In this document: in pieces, positions 36,788 to 45,077 of the stretch | Layout of the letters: each line of letters begins with the position of its first letter | Position numbering within the stretch: the stretch's first letter is position 1 | Source: Thermomicrobiales bacterium | GTDB lineage: Bacteria; Chloroflexota; Chloroflexia; Thermomicrobiales; UBA6265 | Assembly: GCA_042408955.1 (NCBI GenBank) | Contig: JBHOQQ010000164.1 | Coordinates: forward strand, 1,138 to 65,137 | Direction of reading: 5' to 3' | Length of the DNA: 64,000 nt | Made by a program: the position numbers and the translations under genes | The notes under the pieces: generated by a model | Told to the model about the DNA's origin: nothing | The model's database searches: none | Seen by the model: the letters and a program-made list of their open reading frames with translations, nothing else

Positions 36788-37354
36788 TTAGAGACGGTCA
36801 CCAAAGCGCTCCCGTAATTTCCGCAATGCTTCATGAACGTTAGCACGGGCAGCCGCCTCACTGCATTTGAGTGTGGCTGCAATTTCGTCATACCCCATAT
36901 CGTGATATTTGCGCAAGATTAATGCCACACGCTGCTTGGCTGGCAAGCCCAGAATAAATTCCCGGATCTCCATCAACGTGTCTCTCGCATCCAAGCTCGC
37001 CGCTTGGTCGAGCTCACCAGCTGGCACATTGGCCTCAACGTCCGCATCGAGCGGGCCTTCACGGCTCGCCTTGCGCCGGTTGCTCAGGAATGTGTTGGTC
37101 ACGATCCGGTAGAGCCATGCCCGGTGGTTTGCTGCGCCATCAAGCCGGTCAAATGCTCGGTAGGCTTTCAGCATCGTATCTTGATAGAGATCGTCCGCGT
37201 CGGCCCGGTTCCGCGTGAGATGGAGCGCAAACCGGTAGATCTCGGCCTGATATCGCTCAACCAGGTCCGCGAAGGAGAGAATGAGCGCACCCGCCGCGTC
37301 CGGGCGCGCCGCGCTTGCATCCGCAACTGGATTGCTGACCGTGAGCTGCGTCAT
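36788..37354 (-). CDS. ECF-type RNA polymerase sigma-70 factor
   Basis: 188 aa. Region 2 IYRFALHLTRNRADADDLYQDTMLKAYRAF..WLYRIVTNTFL. Region 4 RVALILRKYHDMGYDEIAATLKCSEAAARANVHEALRKLRE. Confidence 0.9.
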   Translation of the reverse strand: MTQLTVSNPVADASAARPDAAGALILSFADLVERYQAEIYRFALHLTRNRADADDLYQDTMLKAYRAFDRLDGAANHRAWLYRIVTNTFLSNRRKASREGPLDADVEANVPAGELDQAASLDARDTLMEIREFILGLPAKQRVALILRKYHDMGYDEIAATLKCSEAAARANVHEALRKLRERFGDRL

Positions 37355-37644
37355 ACCTGGCGGTGCTCCCTCGGTCTCCTGCCTCGGCCGTCCATCGTCC
37401 AGAGGCGTTGCTACCCTTATAACTCATGCAGACCGGATTGTGTGAGCCGGTAGGTGACATGACCGTTGCGTGCGCAGGCGCTCCTGGCGTTTGCTTGCCG
37501 TGTCGAAATCACTCTCTCATCCTGGTAAGATTCTCTCACATCGCTCGCTATCGTCTCGCATGGAGCCTGATACCACAATTACTGGTACCGAGGAGCACGT
37601 CCTGGCGCTCGCGCCGAACCGATCGTCGTGTGAGGAGACACTAG

Positions 37645-38277
37645 ATGGGCGCAACGCACCGACACATCCAGCTACCTCATAGCCCTGCACGACACGCTGC
37701 GCTGTTGGTGCTGCTGGCGACGCTGTTTTTCGGTGGGGGATTCGCCGCGGGTCAGGCGCGGCCAGCTTCTCCTCAGCCAGGCCGCTTCGATCTGGAGCAA
37801 GTTGCCACCCCAGCCGCTGGCGGTATCGCCCTCGTCACTGCGGAGCAGGTGCTTGCGGCCGATCCGCGAAGCTACGTTCTCATTGATGTGCGCGGGAGAG
37901 ACGCGTACAACTTCGCCCATGCCATCAGCGCGATCTCCATGCCCGAGGCAGAGATGACGAGTCAGGTCGCAAGCCTGCCGCGGGATCGAACATTAGTACT
38001 CTATTGCACCTGTCCCGATGATAAGACCAGCCTTCGCGCAGCCCGCACCCTGGTGAGTGTGTTTCATCTCGATCATCTCGTGGTGCTGACCGGTGGCCTA
38101 CTCGCCTATCGCCATGCGGGCGGGGCGCTTTCCAGCGATGCGACCGACTCAGCCATTGAGCACCAAGGCTGCGGCTGCAATACGAATGCCCCGGCCTTCA
38201 AGCTCTGGGCGATCAATCAGGCGGAGGCGCGGCTCGAACAGCGTCAATCCCAAGGCACCAAGGAAGACACTCCATGA
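37645..38277 (+). CDS. Rhodanese-like domain protein with N-terminal signal/anchor
   Basis: YVLIDVRGRDAYNFAHAISAISMP...RTLVLYCTCPDDKTSLRAARTL...LTGGLLAYRHAGG matches the rhodanese fold pattern. Strong SD GAGGAGA before the ATG. Confidence 0.65.
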   Translation: MGATHRHIQLPHSPARHAALLVLLATLFFGGGFAAGQARPASPQPGRFDLEQVATPAAGGIALVTAEQVLAADPRSYVLIDVRGRDAYNFAHAISAISMPEAEMTSQVASLPRDRTLVLYCTCPDDKTSLRAARTLVSVFHLDHLVVLTGGLLAYRHAGGALSSDATDSAIEHQGCGCNTNAPAFKLWAINQAEARLEQRQSQGTKEDTP

Positions 38278-38366
38278 TCCATGGAGCGGCTCACTGATCT
38301 GGTTGTATTGGAAACCTGTGGGCGAAATCGTGGCCGTGGGTTGATCGAAAGAAAGGGAGGACAGCG

Positions 38367-40127
38367 ATGGTCAAATCTCACACGCCGGAATCTCCACCAG
38401 AGCGGCTGCCCGCGCCGGCGCCGGAGGCGGTAAGTGAGGAAGCTCAGAAGGCACGCCTGTCCCGGCGGACCGTCCTCCGCGCCGGTGCTACCGCTGGCGT
38501 CATTGCCGCTGGCGCCGCCGGGTTTGCCCTTGGCGCCCGTCAACGTCGCTCGGCGGCATCCGTCATCAAGGGGCCGCGAGCGCATGAGCTGCGCGCCGCC
38601 CGCCAGGCCGCAAACGTCCTCGTCGCCGGCTGGGAGGAGGACGCTGCCACGCTGGACCCTGCAAAGACGATCTGCGGGCATGAGGTGCGCATCGTTAATC
38701 AGTTCGCCAATACCCTCTGGGGCCTGGAAGGCAGTAGCACGGAAGTGACTCCGATGCTTGCCGAGAGCTGGCAAGCTTCCCCAGACGGGTTGGTGTGGGA
38801 CGTCAAGCTCAAGCCCAACCTGATCTTCCAGGACAATACCCCGGTCGATGCCGCTGCCGTCAAGTGGAGCTTCGATCGCTTCCTAGACGAGAAGCATCCC
38901 TTCTACGATCCGCCATACAACCTGCTGAGCTACTACCTTGGTGGACCAGGTATCAACAAGGGCATTGCTACCGTCGAGGTGGTTGATTCCCTCGCGCTGC
39001 GGTTTACGCTCAAAGCGCAGGACCCGACCTTTCTGACCAGCATGTCCACAGGCTATGCGGCCGTCGTCTCGCCCACAGCGTTTCAGCAGCTTGGCAAGGA
39101 AGGTTTTGCCCAAAAGCCGGTCTGCACCGGGCCGTTCATGGTCACCAACTGGGAGAAGGGGGTCCGCATCGTCCTGGATCGCTTCGATGGGTTCTGGGGC
39201 GAAAAGGCCAAGGTCGATCAGCTCATCATCCGGCCGATCGTCGAAAATGCGGCCCGGCTCGCCGCGCTGCAGCAGGGCGAAGTCGACTTCATCGTCGCGA
39301 TGAGCCCGGAGTTCATCCCGGTGATTAAGAGCGATCCGAACCTCCAGCTCCTCGAAGCACCGGGGTTTCACATCTGGTGGATTGCGCTCAACGTTCATGT
39401 TCCACCGCTTGATAACGTGAAAGTCCGGCAGGCGCTAAATTACGCAATCGACAAGCAGGCGATCATCGACACCATCCTTCAAGGCGCGGCAACCATTACG
39501 AACGGACCGATCATTGGCCATTCTTGGGCCAACGACCCAAATGTGCAGCCGTACCCGTACGACCCGGAGAAGGCCAAAGCGCTGCTCGCCGAAGCCGGAT
39601 ATCCCGATGGCTTCTCGACCAAGTTTTGGGTTCCGGAGTCGGGTTCTGGCATGATCGCGCCCAAGGAGATTGGCCAGGTCGTTCAAGCCCAGTTGGCTGA
39701 GATCGGCGTCAAGGCCGAAATCGTCACGCAAGAATGGACGAGCTACGTTGCCGACTGGCAAAACAAGGGGTTGGACGCTGGCCCCTACGGCATGGCGGAG
39801 ATGAGCTGGAACTTTTCGTCGCCGGATCCTGCCGAATGGCTCAATCCCAACGTCCGCACGGACGCCCATCCACCGGGAGGTGGGTTCAACGGCGGCTTCT
39901 ACTCCAATCCGCAGGTCGATGAGCTGCTGCAAAAGGCCATGGAGACGTTCAACCGCGACGAGCGGGCTGCGCTCTACAAGCAAGCGCAGGCAATCATGCG
40001 GGAGGATTGCCCTTGGATCTTCATGTTCAGCGCAAATAACATCGCGGCGGCGACGGCCCGCCTTAAAGGCATCACGCTCAACTCCGATCCGTCGGTGGTG
40101 AGCTTGAACTTGGCCTACTTCGAGTAG
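38367..40127 (+). CDS. ABC transporter substrate-binding protein, family 5 (peptide/nickel type), Tat signal
   Basis: 586 aa. Twin-arginine leader LSRRTVLRAGATAGVIAAGAAGFALGA. Family-5 blocks (FQDNTPVDAAAVKWSFDR, PYDPEKAKALLAEAGYPDGF). Confidence 0.9.
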   Translation: MVKSHTPESPPERLPAPAPEAVSEEAQKARLSRRTVLRAGATAGVIAAGAAGFALGARQRRSAASVIKGPRAHELRAARQAANVLVAGWEEDAATLDPAKTICGHEVRIVNQFANTLWGLEGSSTEVTPMLAESWQASPDGLVWDVKLKPNLIFQDNTPVDAAAVKWSFDRFLDEKHPFYDPPYNLLSYYLGGPGINKGIATVEVVDSLALRFTLKAQDPTFLTSMSTGYAAVVSPTAFQQLGKEGFAQKPVCTGPFMVTNWEKGVRIVLDRFDGFWGEKAKVDQLIIRPIVENAARLAALQQGEVDFIVAMSPEFIPVIKSDPNLQLLEAPGFHIWWIALNVHVPPLDNVKVRQALNYAIDKQAIIDTILQGAATITNGPIIGHSWANDPNVQPYPYDPEKAKALLAEAGYPDGFSTKFWVPESGSGMIAPKEIGQVVQAQLAEIGVKAEIVTQEWTSYVADWQNKGLDAGPYGMAEMSWNFSSPDPAEWLNPNVRTDAHPPGGGFNGGFYSNPQVDELLQKAMETFNRDERAALYKQAQAIMREDCPWIFMFSANNIAAATARLKGITLNSDPSVVSLNLAYFE

Positions 40128-40130
40128 GTG

Positions 40131-40224
40131 TCAGGAGTAGGGAGTCAGGTGTTGGTTGTTCGGGGTTAGGGGCTAGGGGCTGGGGGCTGGGGGCTAGGGG
40201 AGCTTCGAGCTCCGAGCTTCGAGC
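40131..40224 (+). repeat. Composite G-tract / GAGCTTCGAGC element (largest copy) just after the stop codon
   Basis: TCAGGAGTAGGGAGTCAGG. Then six G4-5 tracts with 2-3 nt loops (40162-40200: GGGGTTAGGGGCTAGGGGCTGGGGGCTGGGGGCTAGGGG). Then the direct repeat GAGCTTCGAGC-TCC-GAGCTTCGAGC (40200-40224). Confidence 0.6.
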
Positions 40225-40254
40225 CACGGGCTTTCGGCCGTCAGGTGTCAGCTT

Positions 40255-40433
40255 TCAGCCGATGGCCGATAGCCAAGAGGTGGTAGGGGCGCGATGAATC
40301 GCGCCCATCCATAATGGGGAAGGGGCAGGACCTGTGCCCTTGCGCAGGGGTCAGGAGTCAGGGGTCGGGGGCGGGGAGCACGGATGCCTCATGGCTGTCT
40401 GCTATCGGCTATTGGCTATCGGCCATCGGCTGA
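40255..40433. repeat. 179-bp element bounded by a perfect 20-bp inverted repeat (MITE-like or long stem-loop)
   Basis: TCAGCCGATGGCCGATAGCC (40255-40274) is the exact reverse complement of GGCTATCGGCCATCGGCTGA (40414-40433). The interior has the palindrome GGGCGCGATGAATCGCGCCC, another G-tract run (40347-40376), and GCTATCG-like heptamer repeats (40401-40433). Confidence 0.5.
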
Positions 40434-40516
40434 TAGCGCAGGAGCGCACAGGTCGCTTCCCTGCCGCGCCGGCTCATCCCTAGACCCTCGATTGACTCCC
40501 CAACCGGAGTATCTGC

Positions 40517-41467
40517 ATGACGATCGTTCTCCTTCGCCGCATCGTCTGGATGGTGCCGATCCTGCTTGGCGTGTCACTGATCGTGTTCTCGATGATGCAC
40601 CTGGCACCTGGCGATCCGGCCGAGGCGATCCTTGGTCCGCGCGGAACCGAGGAGTTGCTTCGCCAGGCGCGTAAGGATCTGGGATTGGATCGCCCGCTGT
40701 ATGAGCAATATGGCCGCTGGCTGCTCAACGCGGTCCAGGGAGACCTGGGAGAATCGTACCGGCTGAATCGTCCAGTTGCGGATGAGGTCCTTGCCCGGTT
40801 TAAGAATTCGGCCATCCTAGCTTCGGTCGCCTTTGTGGTGGCGGTCGCCCTGGGCATTCTGGTTGGTGCGCTCTCAGCGGTGCGCCGGGGCGGCGTCATC
40901 GACAACGCGCTGATGGCGATCACCCTCACCGGGATTTCCATGCCGCCTTTTTATCTCGGAATGCTGTTGATCATCCTGTTCTCCGTCAAGCTCGACCTGC
41001 TCCCCACGGGTGGCATGTACGATGTTCGGCAGGACCCATCCTTCCGCGGGCTTGTTATCCACCTGATTCTTCCCGCGTTCACCTTAGCGGCTGTGCCGAT
41101 CGCGGTTATTGCCCGCATCATGCGGTCCTCTATGCTCGAAGTCGTTGGGCAGGACTACATTCGCACAGCGCGCGCGAAAGGGTTGGCCGACCGTGTGATC
41201 ATCGCCCGCCATGCCCTGCGCAATGCGCTGATCCCGGTCGTGGCGGTGGTCGGGTTGCAAATCGGATATCTGCTGAGCGCCACGGCGCTGGTGGAGGTCG
41301 TCTTTTCCTGGCCGGGTCTTGGCTCGCTCTTGGTCCAGTCAATCGTTCAGCGCGACCTGCCGCTGGCGCAGGGAGCCGTCTTGCTGATTGCCGTGATTTA
41401 TGTAATCGTCAACATCGCGACCGATCTCATCCAAGCGTTGCTCGATCCACGAATCCATTTTGCCTAA
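40517..41467 (+). CDS. ABC transporter permease (DppB/OppB-like)
   Basis: 316 aa. LLRRIVWMVPILLGVSLIVF and DYIRTARAKGLADRVIIARHALRNALIPVV. Confidence 0.9.
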   Translation: MTIVLLRRIVWMVPILLGVSLIVFSMMHLAPGDPAEAILGPRGTEELLRQARKDLGLDRPLYEQYGRWLLNAVQGDLGESYRLNRPVADEVLARFKNSAILASVAFVVAVALGILVGALSAVRRGGVIDNALMAITLTGISMPPFYLGMLLIILFSVKLDLLPTGGMYDVRQDPSFRGLVIHLILPAFTLAAVPIAVIARIMRSSMLEVVGQDYIRTARAKGLADRVIIARHALRNALIPVVAVVGLQIGYLLSATALVEVVFSWPGLGSLLVQSIVQRDLPLAQGAVLLIAVIYVIVNIATDLIQALLDPRIHFA

Positions 41468-41485
41468 TTCAGTCGCAAGGAGTGC

Positions 41486-42406
41486 TTGGCTCGCATGGTG
41501 GTGTCGCGGACAGGAACGTTTGCCGAGACTCGGGACGCAGCCGCCCTGCGGGAGCATATCCCGTTCAGCCGCCAGCACCCTGTGTTGTGGCGGCTCTGGC
41601 GGCGCAAGCTTGGGCTGGTAGGCCTTGCCATCGTGGTTTTGGTCACGCTGGCCGCGGTGTTTGCGCCCGTTATCGCGCCGCACGATCCACTCCAGCAATC
41701 GCTGACGAACCGCTTCGCTGGCCCCGGAAGCTCAGGTTACCTGCTTGGCGCGGACGCATTCGGCCGGGATATCTTGAGCCGCCTTATCTATGGTGGCCGG
41801 ATCAGCCTCGCGGTTGGCTTTAGCGCCAGCGTCATCGCCCTTGGCTTTGGCGTTCCGCTCGGCATGCTCAGCGGCTATCGCGGTGGCTGGCTCGATTCAC
41901 TGCTGATGCGGCTGGTGGATATGATGCTGGCCTTCCCGTACATCCTCTTGGCCATTGTGATTGTTGGGGCGCTCGGCCCAGGTTTGCGCAATACGCTGAT
42001 TGCGATTTCGGTGACGAGCATCCCCTTTTACCTGCGCATCATGCGCAGCGCCGTGCTCTCGGTGAAGAGCTTGACCTTCGTTGACGCGGCCCGAGCGATC
42101 GGCGCTTCCGATGCGCACATCATGCGCACCGCGATCCTGCCAGCCATCCTTCCCTATGTCATCGTCGCCTTCACGATCAGCGTGGGATGGCTGATTCTGG
42201 AGGCGGCTGGGCTAAGCTTTCTTGGTCTGGGCGCGCAGCCGCCTGACCCTGAGTGGGGCGCGATGCTCTCGGAGCACCGTCAGTACATCACTATCCATCC
42301 GCATACGGTGTATATTCCCGGACTCCTCATCCTCATCGTTGTGATTGGGTTGAATCTATTCGGTGACGCATTACGTGATGCGCTCGACGTCACGTTGAAG
42401 GATTGA
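41486..42406 (+). CDS. ABC transporter permease (DppC/OppC-like)
   Basis: 306 aa. LGADAFGRDILSRLIYGGRISL and TFVDAARAIGASDAHIMRTAILPAILP. Confidence 0.9.
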   Translation: MARMVVSRTGTFAETRDAAALREHIPFSRQHPVLWRLWRRKLGLVGLAIVVLVTLAAVFAPVIAPHDPLQQSLTNRFAGPGSSGYLLGADAFGRDILSRLIYGGRISLAVGFSASVIALGFGVPLGMLSGYRGGWLDSLLMRLVDMMLAFPYILLAIVIVGALGPGLRNTLIAISVTSIPFYLRIMRSAVLSVKSLTFVDAARAIGASDAHIMRTAILPAILPYVIVAFTISVGWLILEAAGLSFLGLGAQPPDPEWGAMLSEHRQYITIHPHTVYIPGLLILIVVIGLNLFGDALRDALDVTLKD

Positions 42407-42446
42407 GGGTTCCCGCGCTCCCGCGCTGGCGCCCCGACGTGAAAGG

Positions 42447-43631
42447 ATGGTCAACAGGATGCACTCCCGACAATCTCAGGCACTGGCTCGCGTTGAGATC
42501 GATTTTCGCGCCCGCCTGACGCGGCTTCGCGAGGCCATTGCCGGACAGGGACTCGATGCCGCCGTCTCGATGGCGCCCGCAACGATCGCCTATCTCAGCG
42601 GGTTTCAGGCGCTGATCTACTCCCGCCCGATCTACCTGATCGTCGATGCATCGCAGACGATGTTGATCGTGCCTGGCCTGGAAGAGGAGCACGCGTACCA
42701 GGCGAAGGGGATTGATGAAATCATCGTCTATTACGAGCATCCGGAGCGGGGTAAGCCGGGCGAGAACGCGCCCGATACCCTGGCAGCTACCCTCGCGCGC
42801 CACGGGCTGCGCCGGGTTGGCCTCGAGTACGCTTCCGCGCCGATTGCCCTCAGGGAGCGGCTCGAGCGCGACGGCATTGTCACTCAGGACGTGGCGCCAG
42901 CGATCATGCGGATGCGCCTGATCAAAGAGCCGGGCGAGATCGCGCTGATGCGCCAGGCGGCCGCGCTCGCTCGCATTGGCGTGATGGCGACGCTCGATGC
43001 CGCCGCGCCGGGGCAATCCCAGCTTGCGATCGAGTCCGTTGGAACGAACGCTATTCTTGAAGCCGCGCCGGACATCACGCCCGGCGCAACGATTCATCTC
43101 CTGCAGTTCACTACTTCCGGAACGGAAACGAGCTTGCCTCATCTGATCACTACCACCCGGCGTCTCACCCGCCCGGATCTGATCATTCACTCCCGGCAGG
43201 TTTCGGTGGATGGGGAGCGGGCTGAACTGGAGCGAACCTTTGCCATCGGCTCGATGGACCCTGAGGTACGCCGTGTCTTCGATGTCGCCGAGGAGGCGCA
43301 ACTGGCCGCGATTGACGCGTGCCGTCCTGGCGTTCCGATGCGAGACGTTGACGCGGCTGCCCGCCGGATCATCCAGGCCGCCGGATACGGGGAATATGCG
43401 ATCCATCGCACTGGGCATGGTCTTGGCATCGAAGCGCACGAACCTCCCTACATCCGGTGGGATGTGGATGACGTGCTTGAACCCGGGATGGTTGTGTCTA
43501 TCGAGCCGGGCATCTACCTGCCAGGCCGCTGTGGCGCTCGCCACTCCGACACCGTGGTGATCACCGAGACGGGACACGAGACGATCACGGATGCGCCGCG
43601 CGGGGCAGAGCACTTGATTTTGGACCGATAA
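42447..43631 (+). CDS. M24-family metallopeptidase (Xaa-Pro dipeptidase/creatinase-like)
   Basis: N-terminal creatinase-like domain, then the pita-bread core: MRDVDAAARRII, HRTGHGLGIEAHEPPYI, MVVSIEPGIYLPG, ARHSDTVVIT. Confidence 0.85.
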   Translation: MVNRMHSRQSQALARVEIDFRARLTRLREAIAGQGLDAAVSMAPATIAYLSGFQALIYSRPIYLIVDASQTMLIVPGLEEEHAYQAKGIDEIIVYYEHPERGKPGENAPDTLAATLARHGLRRVGLEYASAPIALRERLERDGIVTQDVAPAIMRMRLIKEPGEIALMRQAAALARIGVMATLDAAAPGQSQLAIESVGTNAILEAAPDITPGATIHLLQFTTSGTETSLPHLITTTRRLTRPDLIIHSRQVSVDGERAELERTFAIGSMDPEVRRVFDVAEEAQLAAIDACRPGVPMRDVDAAARRIIQAAGYGEYAIHRTGHGLGIEAHEPPYIRWDVDDVLEPGMVVSIEPGIYLPGRCGARHSDTVVITETGHETITDAPRGAEHLILDR

Positions 43632-43751
43632 TGCTGAGTGGAACGAACCCTTAGCATCCCGATCGTCGTGCCGCGGTTCGTCCCACTACCTCGGGAGGAT
43701 GGCGCGATGGCAAAGAACGGTCGCCAGCAATCACCACGAAGGAGGCGTTCC

Positions 43752-44774
43752 ATGATCGGCACAAATGGTCATCGCCGTGCACTTGGCGAAACGACACTGG
43801 GCGCGGTCTGCATGCACTGCGCTCATGACCCGGAGGCGAATTGGAAGAAATATCTGACGTTCATCGACGAGGCGGCCTCGCGGGGCGTGGAGTATCTCGT
43901 CTTCCCGGAGGTCTCCCTGCAGGGATACCTGATGGGAGCAGCACCCCTCGGCTCGCCGGAGATGGCCGAGCAATTGCGTTACTTCCGGCGCGTCGCCGAG
44001 CCGGTCCCTGGCCCCACGACCGAGAAGCTGACCGCCCTGGCCGCACGGCACACCATGTTGATCCAAGCGGGCATGGCAGAGCGAGCCATGGATGGCAACA
44101 TCATCTACAACTCCGCCGTCCTCATCGGGCCCCAGGGGGTCATCGGCGTCTTCCGGAAACTCCATAACCAATTCGAATGGCCAGTCTTTTCTCCTGGCGA
44201 TCATCTGTCCGTCTTCGAGACCCGCCTGGGCAAAATCGGCATGTTCATTTGCTACGACCTGGCATTCCCAGAGATCACCCGGGCGTTCGCGCTCCAGGGT
44301 GCGACGATCGCGGCGCTGACGACTGCCTGGCCGATGAAGGGCGACGACCCGGAAACGGACTACTACGGCTACACCTACGACCTGATGAGCCGGGCGATGG
44401 CCTTCGCCAATCAATTCTGGATGGTCTGCTCCAACCAGGTTATGCGCCCGCCCACGCCCGGCTGTGCCAACTATTACGGTCACAGCCGAATCATCGCGCC
44501 GACCGGCAAGATCGTCGCCGAAGTTGGGTATGAAGAGGGCCTAGCGGTTGCGACGGTGGATCTGCATGGCGCGATCGAGCGCGCCCGCACGGAGGACTGG
44601 TTCGGATTGAACCTGCTGGAAGACCGGCGGCCGGAGTTCTACGGGATCCTGGCGGACAAGCGGATCTACTACCAGCCGAGCGTGGCGCCGTTGCTCCCGC
44701 AGCTGGCCGGCGTGCGCTTCCCAGATGCAGAGGCGCAGGCGCTCCCAGCGCGGGAGGCCGCGGTTCGCGAATAG
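43752..44774 (+). CDS. Carbon-nitrogen hydrolase (nitrilase-superfamily amidase)
   Basis: Catalytic triad contexts: LVFPEVSLQGY (Glu), GVFRKLH (Lys), MFICYDLAFPE (Cys). ATG 43752 has AAGGAGG with a 6-nt spacer. ATG 43707 and the track start 43638 are alternatives. Confidence 0.8.
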   Translation: MIGTNGHRRALGETTLGAVCMHCAHDPEANWKKYLTFIDEAASRGVEYLVFPEVSLQGYLMGAAPLGSPEMAEQLRYFRRVAEPVPGPTTEKLTALAARHTMLIQAGMAERAMDGNIIYNSAVLIGPQGVIGVFRKLHNQFEWPVFSPGDHLSVFETRLGKIGMFICYDLAFPEITRAFALQGATIAALTTAWPMKGDDPETDYYGYTYDLMSRAMAFANQFWMVCSNQVMRPPTPGCANYYGHSRIIAPTGKIVAEVGYEEGLAVATVDLHGAIERARTEDWFGLNLLEDRRPEFYGILADKRIYYQPSVAPLLPQLAGVRFPDAEAQALPAREAAVRE

Positions 44775-44884
44775 AAAATCACAGATCGGTTCCCTTTCTC
44801 CGCAGGACAGATGGTGCTGAACGGAGGGGACGGCCTATCGTCACGTCCTGTCATCGCTTCAGCAGGAGCCGCCTCTTGCCCTCA

Positions 44885-44913
44885 CGTCATCCCGAGCAGA
44901 GCGAGGGATGACG
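44885..44913. repeat. Hairpin repeat CGTCATCCC-GAGCAGAGCGA-GGGATGACG (member of a dispersed family)
   Basis: Perfect 9-bp stem with an 11-nt loop. Related copies: 50994-51020 (reverse orientation), 8577-8604 (reverse orientation), and a degenerate one at 33593-33614. Confidence 0.55.
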
Positions 44914-45077
44914 CAAAGAGCAATGGCGCCCTAAAGCGGCGCATCCCGTGTGCGACGCACGTTCACATGCCGGCTTTGTGGGCCGCCTCTCGATCACTTC
45001 CAGGTCGTTCAACCCAGGGAGCGGTGGAAATGGTGTGTGCGGCTCGACGTCACGAGAGAGCGATCCGGCAGGTCAGC

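Noticed and set aside
40401-40433. GCTATCG-like heptamer tandem repeats and nearby GGGGCTA repeats, checked as a possible CRISPR or minisatellite array
   Set aside because: The units are 7 nt with no spacers, far too short for CRISPR. They are better explained as part of the inverted-repeat element and the G-tract composite.
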